Below, piece by piece: positions 7,220-13,666 of a stretch of 24,000 bases of DNA; within the stretch, counting starts at the first letter, position 1, and every line of letters begins with the position of its first letter. A program made the translations under genes and the position numbers. The notes beneath the pieces were generated by a model, which saw only the letters and a program-made list of their open reading frames with translations, searched no databases and was not told the DNA's origin. The DNA is from an uncultured Actinomycetes bacterium. Its GTDB lineage: Bacteria; Actinomycetota; Actinomycetes; Streptosporangiales; Streptosporangiaceae. The stretch covers positions 5,930 through 29,929 of the forward strand of contig CAVPPJ010000006.1 of NCBI GenBank assembly GCA_963707065.1. Direction: 5' to 3'.

Positions 7220-7606
7220 TCAGGACCAGCCCGCCGGGTTCAGCGTCAGTCCCAGTGCCTTCATCCACGACGCGGCACCGGCTCGCAGGCGGTCCCCGTG
7301 CGGCGCGCAGAGCCCGATGCCGGTCTCCGCGGCCGCCACGCGGGCCAGCAGCCAGCGCTCAAGCACGATGCCGGCCTCCGCGCCGGCCACGCGGGCCAGC
7401 CACCAGCGCTCGGTGCCCGTCGAGGTGCAGGGGTAAGGCCAGCCGGGGATGGCCAGCACGCCCGTGGCAAGCAAGGCTCCAGCGATGAGGCTGGCCCCGC
7501 ACCGGCCGGTGAAGTCCTGGCAGATGCCGCATAAGCGCCGCGAGACCAGCACTGGATCTGTCTCGGCCGCTCCGCAGCGCGGGCAGGTGAACGATTCACG
7601 ATGCAT
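7220..7606 (-). CDS. Hypothetical zinc-ribbon membrane protein with an internal 17-aa tandem repeat
   Basis: Hand count gives roughly 85-90 percent G/C at codon position 3 and about two thirds at position 1, which is strongly coding. It has a CxxC-x14-CxxC motif (CPRC...CGIC), one predicted TM helix (GASLIAGALLATGVLAIPGW) and a repeat ERWWLARVAGAEAGIVL / ERWLLARVAAAETGIGL. ATG 7606 (MHRESF) follows AAGGCGGTGAG. An alternative GTG start lies at 7633. I recall no family match. Confidence 0.6.
   Translation of the reverse strand: MHRESFTCPRCGAAETDPVLVSRRLCGICQDFTGRCGASLIAGALLATGVLAIPGWPYPCTSTGTERWWLARVAGAEAGIVLERWLLARVAAAETGIGLCAPHGDRLRAGAASWMKALGLTLNPAGWS
7316..7417 (-). repeat. Imperfect 51-bp tandem duplication (2 copies) inside the zinc-ribbon CDS
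   Basis: Units 7316-7366 and 7367-7417 match at 41 of 51 positions by hand alignment, and at 40 of the first 45. The duplication is in frame (17 codons each). Confidence 0.9.
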
Positions 7607-8120
7607 CACGCTCACCGCCTTCTGGCAGATCACCGCACGTCAGAGGCAACTGGTCGGTAGCCAGGCGCCACTGCTGCGCTCTTGATAAGCCGTGCATGTC
7701 GATTCCTTCCCGCGCGCAGCGTGTGCGGTCGGGGTGGCCGGACTGGCCGCGCAGGCCATCCCTGCGCGGCCAGTCCCGGGGGGGCCGATCAAACTTCGGC
7801 ACTGGATCGTGCCGGTAGTTGCACTACGAATACTTGTGCAGGTCTCAAGCAGAGACATCGGCCAGCTGACGGATCTATGAAGCCGCGAGCGCGACCAGAA
7901 GCCCGCGGGCCAGCCTCGCCGGTGTGAGATCGCTCTCCAAATCCAGCAATGCCCACGAGCAGCAGATCCTGGCCAACGAGCAGATCGGCGCAGGTCAGGC
8001 CTAGTACTTTCGCTGCATCAACCAGGCTCAGCCGATGCCGCAGGCAGGCAACTGGGCCACTTGCGTTCGCACTGCCGCAATATCCGGGTTACCGTGGCCG
8101 ACGCATTGCCAGCTGACTAC

Positions 8121-8222
8121 AAAGGAGCACCGAGATGACCACGGGGGGTAAGCACGCATACATCGCTGAGTAAAACAGGCGGCCCCGGCCAAGCGTGATT
8201 CCAGCACGCGGCCGGGGCCTTT
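8121..8222 (+). promoter_or_regulatory. Candidate leader-peptide/attenuator element upstream of the LysM-transglycosylase gene
   Basis: AAAGGAG (8121-8127) is followed 7 nt later by ATG 8135. The uORF at 8135-8173 encodes MTTGGKHAYIAE*. Eight nt after its stop lies a hairpin: GGCCCCGGCC (8181-8190) pairs with GGCCGGGGCC (8210-8219), and an inner GCGTG/CACGC stem closes a 7-nt loop. TTTGCAT follows. The main gene's GGAGG is at 8239-8243. Confidence 0.35.
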
Positions 8223-8252
8223 GCATGGCACGAACCTCGGAGGTACAAAGCC

Positions 8253-8876
8253 ATGACGTTCATCAGTATCGCAGGTGGCGGAGTCGCGAAGGCTCTTATC
8301 GCGGTCACGGTTTCGCTGCATCCAACGGCAGCTCACCACCACGGCCACCATGCCACCGTCCGGGCTGGCGACACACTCAGCTCGATCAGCCAGCGCGAGT
8401 ACGGCAGCGCGTCCGACTGGCCCGCCTTGTGGTGGGTCAACCGGCACCGCGTCCCTGAACCGGGCACGGTCCGCGCGGGGCAGCGGCTTCGCGTGTCAGA
8501 CTGGCACAAGGTCAGGCCGTGGCTCACCCGCGCCGCTCTGGCGGCGATGCCCGTCGCGGTTCCGTCGTCGCAGCCCGTCAGCATGGCCGGGGCCATCAGC
8601 GCCACGCCAGTTCCCGCGCAGTCCTCGGGGACATACAGCGCCGCTCCGGGCAGCTTCCAGAGCTGCGTGATCCAGGCCGAGAGCGGCGGGAACGCCCAGG
8701 CGGTCAACGCCTCCAGTGGTGCGGGCGGCCTGTACGGCTTCCTGCCGTCCACCTGGCAGGCGCTCGGACACTCCGGGCTGCCCGAGGATGCGTCGGTCTC
8801 AGAGCAGAACGCCGCATTTGCCCAGGAATACGCGCAGTCAGGTACTGGCGCGTGGGCGCCTTACGACGGGTGCTAG
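8253..8876 (+). CDS. LysM domain protein with C-terminal transglycosylase-like (cell-wall lytic) domain
   Basis: GGAGG lies 9 nt upstream of the ATG. An N-terminal hydrophobic anchor is present. LysM-like segment: ATVRAGDTLSSISQREYGSASDWPALWWVNRHRVPEPGTVRAGQRLRV. The C-terminal motif CVIQAESGGNAQAVNASSGAGGLYGFLPSTWQALG fits the ESGGN...SGA.GL.QF...TW muralytic domain. Confidence 0.85.
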   Translation: MTFISIAGGGVAKALIAVTVSLHPTAAHHHGHHATVRAGDTLSSISQREYGSASDWPALWWVNRHRVPEPGTVRAGQRLRVSDWHKVRPWLTRAALAAMPVAVPSSQPVSMAGAISATPVPAQSSGTYSAAPGSFQSCVIQAESGGNAQAVNASSGAGGLYGFLPSTWQALGHSGLPEDASVSEQNAAFAQEYAQSGTGAWAPYDGC

Positions 8877-8887
8877 ATCCCCAGGGG

Positions 8888-8920
8888 AGCCCCGGCCCGC
8901 ATGGGCCGGGGCTTCTTCAT
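8888..8920 (+). terminator. Intrinsic terminator of the LysM gene
   Basis: AGCCCCGGCCC-gcat-GGGCCGGGGCT forms a perfect 11-bp stem, followed by TCTTCATT. It starts 12 nt after the stop and lies between convergent genes. Confidence 0.7.
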
Positions 8921-9004
8921 TGCAGCACGTAGATCTGCTGGGTTAATGCCGCGCTGCCCGACGAGTCACCCATAATCGTTCTCGTCCGTTGCGTGCTTAC
9001 GGTT

Positions 9005-9772
9005 TCACTGGCTGTCGTACTCGTCGTGGCGGCGCCACCAGAAGCCGGTTTCGTTGCGACCGAGTGACGCGCGGTCGAGCCACTGGTACATGCCCCAGAG
9101 GCCATCCAGCCCGCGCGCGTACGCCGAGTAGGTGTGGTAGACGACGCCATCCTCGAGCGTGAACGCGCTCACGCCGGGCCCTTCTCGCCGGTACGTCTGC
9201 CAGTCCGTTCCGACGATGCTCGATGCGAACTCGTCGAGCCCGGAACTGCCCTGATCGTCCGGCGGCCGGAAGTCCATCGCGCGGAAGTTGTACTCGACGG
9301 CTCCCGACTGCCACTGCTCCTTGGTGACCGCCGCCTGGAAGTCGTAGTTGAAGTCGCTGCCGGACGAGGACGCCCAGGGGAAGCTCCAGCCCATCCGCCG
9401 TTTATACGCCTGCAGTTTGGTGAACGGAGCACGCGACACCGCGCAGAGCGTGACGTCGTGATTCGCGAGGTGGACGACGGAGCCGTCGAAGCCGTCCGCG
9501 ATCGCCGAGCAGGACGGGCACCCTGCGGTGTACTCGGGCCCGAACATGAAGTGATAGATGAGGAGCTGCGAGCGTCCTGCGAAGAGATCGGCGAGGGACG
9601 CTGTGCCCTCGCCGGTCTCGAAGCGGTATTCCTTGTCGATCCGGACCCAGGGCAGCTCCTGCCGCCACTGCGCCAGTTCGTCGCTACGCCGCGTCAGCGC
9701 CTTCTCGGCCTCGAGCAGCTCCAGCCGGGCCGCAAGCCACTCTTCACGGGTTCCGGTCTTGTGATCGGTCAT
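9005..9772 (-). CDS. DUF899 domain-containing thioredoxin-fold protein
   Basis: ATG 9772 (MTDHKTGTREEWLAARLELLEAEKALTRRSDELAQWRQELPWVRIDKEYRF...) is preceded by AAGGAGAG. The GCPSCS motif is present. The listed 449-aa ORF to 10354 is an upstream extension overlapping the next gene in another frame. Confidence 0.9.
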   Translation of the reverse strand: MTDHKTGTREEWLAARLELLEAEKALTRRSDELAQWRQELPWVRIDKEYRFETGEGTASLADLFAGRSQLLIYHFMFGPEYTAGCPSCSAIADGFDGSVVHLANHDVTLCAVSRAPFTKLQAYKRRMGWSFPWASSSGSDFNYDFQAAVTKEQWQSGAVEYNFRAMDFRPPDDQGSSGLDEFASSIVGTDWQTYRREGPGVSAFTLEDGVVYHTYSAYARGLDGLWGMYQWLDRASLGRNETGFWWRRHDEYDSQ

Positions 9773-9849
9773 TGCCTCTCTCCTTCTTGTCGTTACAGCC
9801 TGGAGTGTTCTTGTCACAGCTGGGCGTGGCCCGCCGCGCTGATGACGTC

Positions 9850-10605
9850 TCACATCGGCGGCATCAGCCCGGGGACCAACGAGGGCTCGATGACGATCAG
9901 GATTCCCAGTCCGACGATCGCTAGCGCCAGCGGCACATCCACGGCGGCTTTCGGGGGCAGGAGCTTCTGGGCGAGGACGAAGACCGTGATCACTGACATC
10001 CAGGTGACGCTCATGATGCTCACCGCCACCAGCATCAGCATCAGTCCGATGCTCGAGCCGACGCAGCAGAGCCCGAACTCGAATCCAGACCGGACGCTCT
10101 CGCGGCAGCGCTGGCGGAAGTGCCGCTTGAGCGGCGTGAACTCGTAGACACCTGCCGCGAGCACAACCGCGCCGGCGGCCAAAGACCCGTGCGGGCGGTA
10201 CAGCGCATGCACGGCGACGCCCACGAGTGTCCAGACGGCAAGGTACGAGCCGACGAATAGCGGCACCGCGCGCGCACGACCGCTGGCATGAGCGCGTCTC
10301 AGGACTGCCGGAGCCGCGCCAGGCAGCATCATCGCCGCCATCATCGACACCCACAGGGCGACAAAGGACGCGGGCGAGCCGAGCCGGGTCTGGGCGCCCA
10401 TGTCCATCCCGCTCATCTGCCGGACCGCCACGGCCCAGGATGCGGCGGCGAGCCCGAGCGTTGCCGTCAGCGCGGCTGCCGTCGCGGCTGTCCGAGCGCG
10501 CGTCGTGGCGGCGGCGCGGGAAGCCGGCGCCGCTTCCTCAGCTAGCGCCTGCCCGATACCGCGACTGGCCCCGGTGACCAGAACTGCTCTGTCCGCGGTT
10601 GTCAT
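9850..10605 (-). CDS. DUF2182 (predicted metal-binding) integral membrane protein carrying an SDR-type N-terminal segment
   Basis: The body (FVALWVSMMAAMMLPGAAPAVL ... FGLCCVGSSIGLMLMLV ... VFVLAQKLLP) is DUF2182-like. The first ~25 aa, MTTADRAVLVTGASRGIGQALAEE, are a short-chain dehydrogenase TGxxxGxG Rossmann start. GAGGAGG lies just upstream of ATG 10605. Confidence 0.8.
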   Translation of the reverse strand: MTTADRAVLVTGASRGIGQALAEEAAPASRAAATTRARTAATAAALTATLGLAAASWAVAVRQMSGMDMGAQTRLGSPASFVALWVSMMAAMMLPGAAPAVLRRAHASGRARAVPLFVGSYLAVWTLVGVAVHALYRPHGSLAAGAVVLAAGVYEFTPLKRHFRQRCRESVRSGFEFGLCCVGSSIGLMLMLVAVSIMSVTWMSVITVFVLAQKLLPPKAAVDVPLALAIVGLGILIVIEPSLVPGLMPPM

Positions 10606-10754
10606 ACATCCTCCTCATAATCTGGGGTTCGCCGCTTCGGCAGGGCTTCTCCGCCGTGTCGTGTGACGGGCCGGCTCTCGGCGGCTTCCGGCACGCCTCG
10701 GGCGGCACCGGCGCCCGTAACACCATCCGGTCGTCCTCGCGGCTCCTGCTGCCC

Positions 10755-11087
10755 TCACGAACTCAGATGCCGTCTGAGGGCGTCGAGGCTCGAGTCCCAG
10801 TCACGGGCCAGCGCGGCGAGAAACTGCTGCGCGACCTGGATGGGCGCCGACTGGAGCCGGTAGCGGACGCGACGCCGCTCGCCAGGCTCGGCGATAACCA
10901 GCCCGGCCTCAGTGAGCAAGCCGAGGTGTTTGGCGATTGCCTGCCGGGTGATCGGCAGGCTGGCCGCCAGGTCCGTCGCCGTGGCCGGCCCGCGGGACGC
11001 GAGCACGGCCAGGATGCTCCGCCGGCTGGGATCAGCCAGTGCGGCGAAGACCTCTTGGGCGACGGCCTCCGGGTCACGCGCGGGCAT
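10755..11087 (-). CDS. ArsR/SmtB-family transcriptional regulator
   Basis: ATG 11087 begins MPARDPEAVAQEVFAALADPSRRSILAVLASRGPATATDLAASLPITRQAIAKHLGLLTEAGLV, a winged HTH. It overlaps the upstream SRPBCC stop by 14 nt. The longer ORF to 11354 lies out of frame within the SRPBCC gene. Confidence 0.9.
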   Translation of the reverse strand: MPARDPEAVAQEVFAALADPSRRSILAVLASRGPATATDLAASLPITRQAIAKHLGLLTEAGLVIAEPGERRRVRYRLQSAPIQVAQQFLAALARDWDSSLDALRRHLSS

Positions 11088-11508
11088 CGAGGTATTCGAC
11101 GAGCTCGCCCAGCTCACTCTGCCACCCCTCGAAGTTGCCGCCGTACGCGCCGGAGTAAAGGCCGTCGGGCAGTTGCGCGAAGCCGGTTTCGACCACGGTG
11201 AGCCGGGTCCCTTCGGCCACCAGCTCAAGGGTGAACTCGACATAGGTACGGCGCGGATCGTCCGCCGGCAGGCCACTGATGCCCCAGGTGTAGCCGAACA
11301 CGTGCGGCGGCTCGAGGCGCTCGATGCGCAGGTTCGCGATGTGGCCGCTCTCAAAGGTCAGCTGAGCGAGGCCGCCGACGCGCAGGTCGACGGTCGCCTG
11401 ATGGCCGAACCACGTGCCCAATCCCTCAGCCGTCGTGATCGCTTCCCACACCTTCGCCGGCGGGTGGGCGACGCTGATGCTGCGCTCGATCCGATCGGGG
11501 AAGCCCAT
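11074..11508 (-). CDS. SRPBCC/AHSA1-like (activator of Hsp90 ATPase homolog 1-like) domain protein
   Basis: ATG 11508 (MGFPDRIERSISVAHPPAKVWEAITTAEGLGTWFG...) is preceded by GGAGGTG. The size (144 aa) and sequence pattern are typical of the ArsR-linked SRPBCC family. Confidence 0.85.
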   Translation of the reverse strand: MGFPDRIERSISVAHPPAKVWEAITTAEGLGTWFGHQATVDLRVGGLAQLTFESGHIANLRIERLEPPHVFGYTWGISGLPADDPRRTYVEFTLELVAEGTRLTVVETGFAQLPDGLYSGAYGGNFEGWQSELGELVEYLDARA

Positions 11509-11521
11509 GACACACCTCCAG

Positions 11522-11575
11522 TTATAGCAACCATCTGATTGCCATGACTTTATAGCAACCAACTGGTTGCGTCAA
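11522..11575 (-). promoter_or_regulatory. Promoter plus ArsR-type operator of the SRPBCC-arsR operon
   Basis: Read on the minus strand: TTGACG (plus-strand coordinates 11570-11575), a 15-nt spacer and TATAAA (11549-11554). The spacer is the palindrome GCAACC-AACT-GGTTGC (11555-11570). The 12-mer TTATAGCAACCA occurs twice (11522-11533 and 11550-11561). This is an AT-rich island in GC-rich DNA. Confidence 0.5.
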
Positions 11576-11624
11576 GTCAGGCCAGGCACCTGGTACTGAA
11601 GGCGATGCCCCGTGCGGCGGCTTG

Positions 11625-13061
11625 TCATGACGCCGGGGGCAGGCCAGGAGAGCCGGTCGGACCCGACCTCCTAGAACGCCCGGGCAGCACCGGCGACGCG
11701 TTGGTCCAGCCCGCGCTGACCAGCGCAACATAGGTGTCTACCTGACCGGAGTAACTCCGGCCGTCATACGAGGAGGCGGTGCATTTGGTGATGACATCTT
11801 TCGGTCGCGGCAGCCGTTCTCCCGGCCTGACCGGCTTCCCCGCCAGCGCGCGTGACTTCGGATTGAGGTTGACCTCATCAAAGGACAGGCAGGCCAGGGT
11901 TCTTGGCATCGGCCCGATGCCTTCGGTGGCCAGCAGCGAGCCGGTGCGCGGGTCGATCACGATGGCCCTAGTGGGGTTGTACTCCCCGTAGCGCGGCTGC
12001 TCCGAGCCGGCCGCGAGCCCGTACCCGCGACGGCCGAGCGGGTCCGTCATCTCACCGAGCGACCGGACCCCGGGCAGCGTTGCCATGACCTTGAATGCCG
12101 CTGACCGTATCTGCGCGGAAACCGGGTCCTGCAGCAGCGACACTGCCTCGGCCCACACGATCTGGTCCACTGTCGAGCAGCCAGCGGCGGCGTGCTTGAC
12201 GCACCAAGTCAGCCGTGCGTAATGGCGCAGCATCGCCCTGACCGGCGCCGGCCGACCCGGCATCCGGCGGAATTGCGCTGCGGTCAGCCCTGGCTCGTCA
12301 CCTTCCACGTACCCCACGGTGCCGTCGCTGACCTGCCAGGTCGCACTCCGGGGCGACGCGGCAGCCGTGGCGGCGAGCCGGCCGTACCAGTCCAGCGGGT
12401 ATCCCGCGAGCGACGCATCGCTGCGATAGGCCGGGTGACCGCTGCGCCAGGTCGCCGGCGACCCGGCCACGCGCCACGCGGCCGCATCCGCTGGGGTCGC
12501 GGGACGAGCACCGAGCCGCCGGGAGATGACCCATTCCTTGCGGCCTGCCGAACTCGGGTTCCACTGGTCAAAGCTGGTCGCCAGCGATATGTCGTACGGA
12601 TCGGCCTTGGTCCCGCCCGGGAAGGTAATCCCGCCGATCTCCCTGACCCGCCAGTACCTTCCTGTCACCGGGGCGCTGGCGACATGGGCGGCCGCGGTCA
12701 GCAGGATCTCGCGAGCGGCTGCGGGCTGAGCTGGCCTGGCGTGTGCCCCGCGCACGGGCGCGGCGTCTGGAGCCGCATGCGGAGTCCCGCCTCGAACCGG
12801 TGACATCAGCACCGCGACCGTCGCCCCCACCGCCGTGAAGACGACGCAGGCCGTCACTATCGTCCACTTCCTGGCGTGGCGGGCCCGCGGGATGCGATCC
12901 GCCCGGCAATCTTCAGACGGCCGGGAGGCGGCGGCATGGGCGGCAGCCACGGTGCCGGCCGACCGCATTGACGGTGGTTCCAGGCTCGCCGGCCTGCTGG
13001 CCGCGAGCAACCCCATCACATCGCGCCGATGGGCGCGCGGCTCCTCACGACGCTGGTTCAC
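11625..13061 (-). CDS. Sigma-factor-coupled membrane protein with a large extracytoplasmic domain (anti-sigma-like topology; function unknown)
   Basis: GTG 13061 overlaps the sigma stop as GTGA. An alternative ATG lies at 13016. It has an N-terminal cytoplasmic segment, a single TM (WTIVTACVVFTAVGATVAVLM) and about 380 aa outside. I recall sigma-adjacent proteins of this kind being labelled CU044_5270 family, but this is unverified. Confidence 0.7.
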   Translation of the reverse strand: MNQRREEPRAHRRDVMGLLAASRPASLEPPSMRSAGTVAAAHAAASRPSEDCRADRIPRARHARKWTIVTACVVFTAVGATVAVLMSPVRGGTPHAAPDAAPVRGAHARPAQPAAAREILLTAAAHVASAPVTGRYWRVREIGGITFPGGTKADPYDISLATSFDQWNPSSAGRKEWVISRRLGARPATPADAAAWRVAGSPATWRSGHPAYRSDASLAGYPLDWYGRLAATAAASPRSATWQVSDGTVGYVEGDEPGLTAAQFRRMPGRPAPVRAMLRHYARLTWCVKHAAAGCSTVDQIVWAEAVSLLQDPVSAQIRSAAFKVMATLPGVRSLGEMTDPLGRRGYGLAAGSEQPRYGEYNPTRAIVIDPRTGSLLATEGIGPMPRTLACLSFDEVNLNPKSRALAGKPVRPGERLPRPKDVITKCTASSYDGRSYSGQVDTYVALVSAGWTNASPVLPGRSRRSGPTGSPGLPPAS

Positions 13062-13666
13062 TGCCGTTCCTCTCCCCGCGCATCTCGGTGCATGGCGTGC
13101 TCAACGGGGGCGAGGGGTGAGCGCGGGCCCGCCATCCGGTTCCCGCTTTCCCCGGCCGCGGATTCAGCGGCCCCGTCCATCGCATGCTCAAGGCGACGCC
13201 TGGCCCGATGCAGCCGGACAAACAGGGTGGGCGTCGAGCAGCCCACCACTTCAGCGGCCTGCCGGGGCGTCAGACCCTGCCAGGCCAGGAGCGTGACCAG
13301 TTCGCGGTCGGCCTCCGACAGCGTGGCCAGGGCGGTGAGCACGGCAAGCCGCTCCGTCACCTGGTCGGCCACGTCGGCTGCTGCGGCCTGCTGCCCCGAC
13401 GTCCAAGCCTGCATCTCGGCGGCGACCGATTGCCGCTTCGCGGCGGCGCGGAATTGGTCAATCACCACATTCCGCGCGACCGTCAGCAGCCATGGCAGGG
13501 CCGGCACCGGCACATCAGCCAGCCGCCGCCAGGTGATCAGGAACACCTCGCTCACGACCTCTTCCGCCAGCTGGCTCCCGGCGCGGCTCACGGCATATGC
13601 ATAGACCTGCCGGCAATGCTGGTCGTAGAGGGCCGTGAACCGCTCGATCGCCTCGGGGTCGGTCAA
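13058..13666 (-). CDS. ECF-type RNA polymerase sigma-70 family factor
   Basis: I prefer TTG 13666 because AAAGGAGGT lies 6 nt upstream. The ORF-track GTG 13711 would add 15 aa. Region 2 (FTALYDQHCRQVYAYAVSR...AEEVVSEVFLITWRR) and region 4 (LSEADRELVTLLAWQGLTPRQAAEVVGCSTPTLFVRLHRARRRL) are both present. Confidence 0.85.
   Translation of the reverse strand: MTDPEAIERFTALYDQHCRQVYAYAVSRAGSQLAEEVVSEVFLITWRRLADVPVPALPWLLTVARNVVIDQFRAAAKRQSVAAEMQAWTSGQQAAAADVADQVTERLAVLTALATLSEADRELVTLLAWQGLTPRQAAEVVGCSTPTLFVRLHRARRRLEHAMDGAAESAAGESGNRMAGPRSPLAPVEHAMHRDARGEERQ

Noticed and set aside
7220-7222. Selenocysteine reading of the in-frame TGA.
   Set aside because: I can see no SECIS-like hairpin immediately downstream on the minus strand. 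There is no Cys or redox context at the site, and no selenoprotein machinery is evident. A nonsense mutation or coincidence is more parsimonious.
7870-8030. Possible HTH-like fragment on the minus strand (…LVDAAKVLGLTCADLLVGQ…) and short + frame peptides in the gene-free region.
   Set aside because: There is no start codon or Shine-Dalgarno sequence. The frames are interrupted by stops, the stretches are very short, and the similarity is impressionistic only.
8100-8250. Canonical ydaO-type cyclic-di-AMP riboswitch (RF00379) upstream of the LysM/transglycosylase gene. This riboswitch class is often linked to wall hydrolase genes in actinobacteria.
   Set aside because: Fragments resemble the conserved blocks: CGCTGAGT, ACGGGGGGTAAGC, GCGTGATTCC and CCAGCTGACTAC. 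However, they occur in the wrong order relative to the consensus as I recall it. The 3' CAGCUAACCUCGUAAGCG block is missing where it should be. The span after the first block is also too short. It is kept only as an alternative to test with cmsearch.
9773-10354. N-terminal extensions of track ORFs: 9005..10354, 10755..11354, 11074..11562, 16012..16791, 16563..17486, 5058..6488, 14673..15965 and 20487..21527.
   Set aside because: The extensions overlap neighbouring genes in other frames or have junk-like composition. Internal starts with good Shine-Dalgarno sequences coincide with the beginning of homolog-like sequence.
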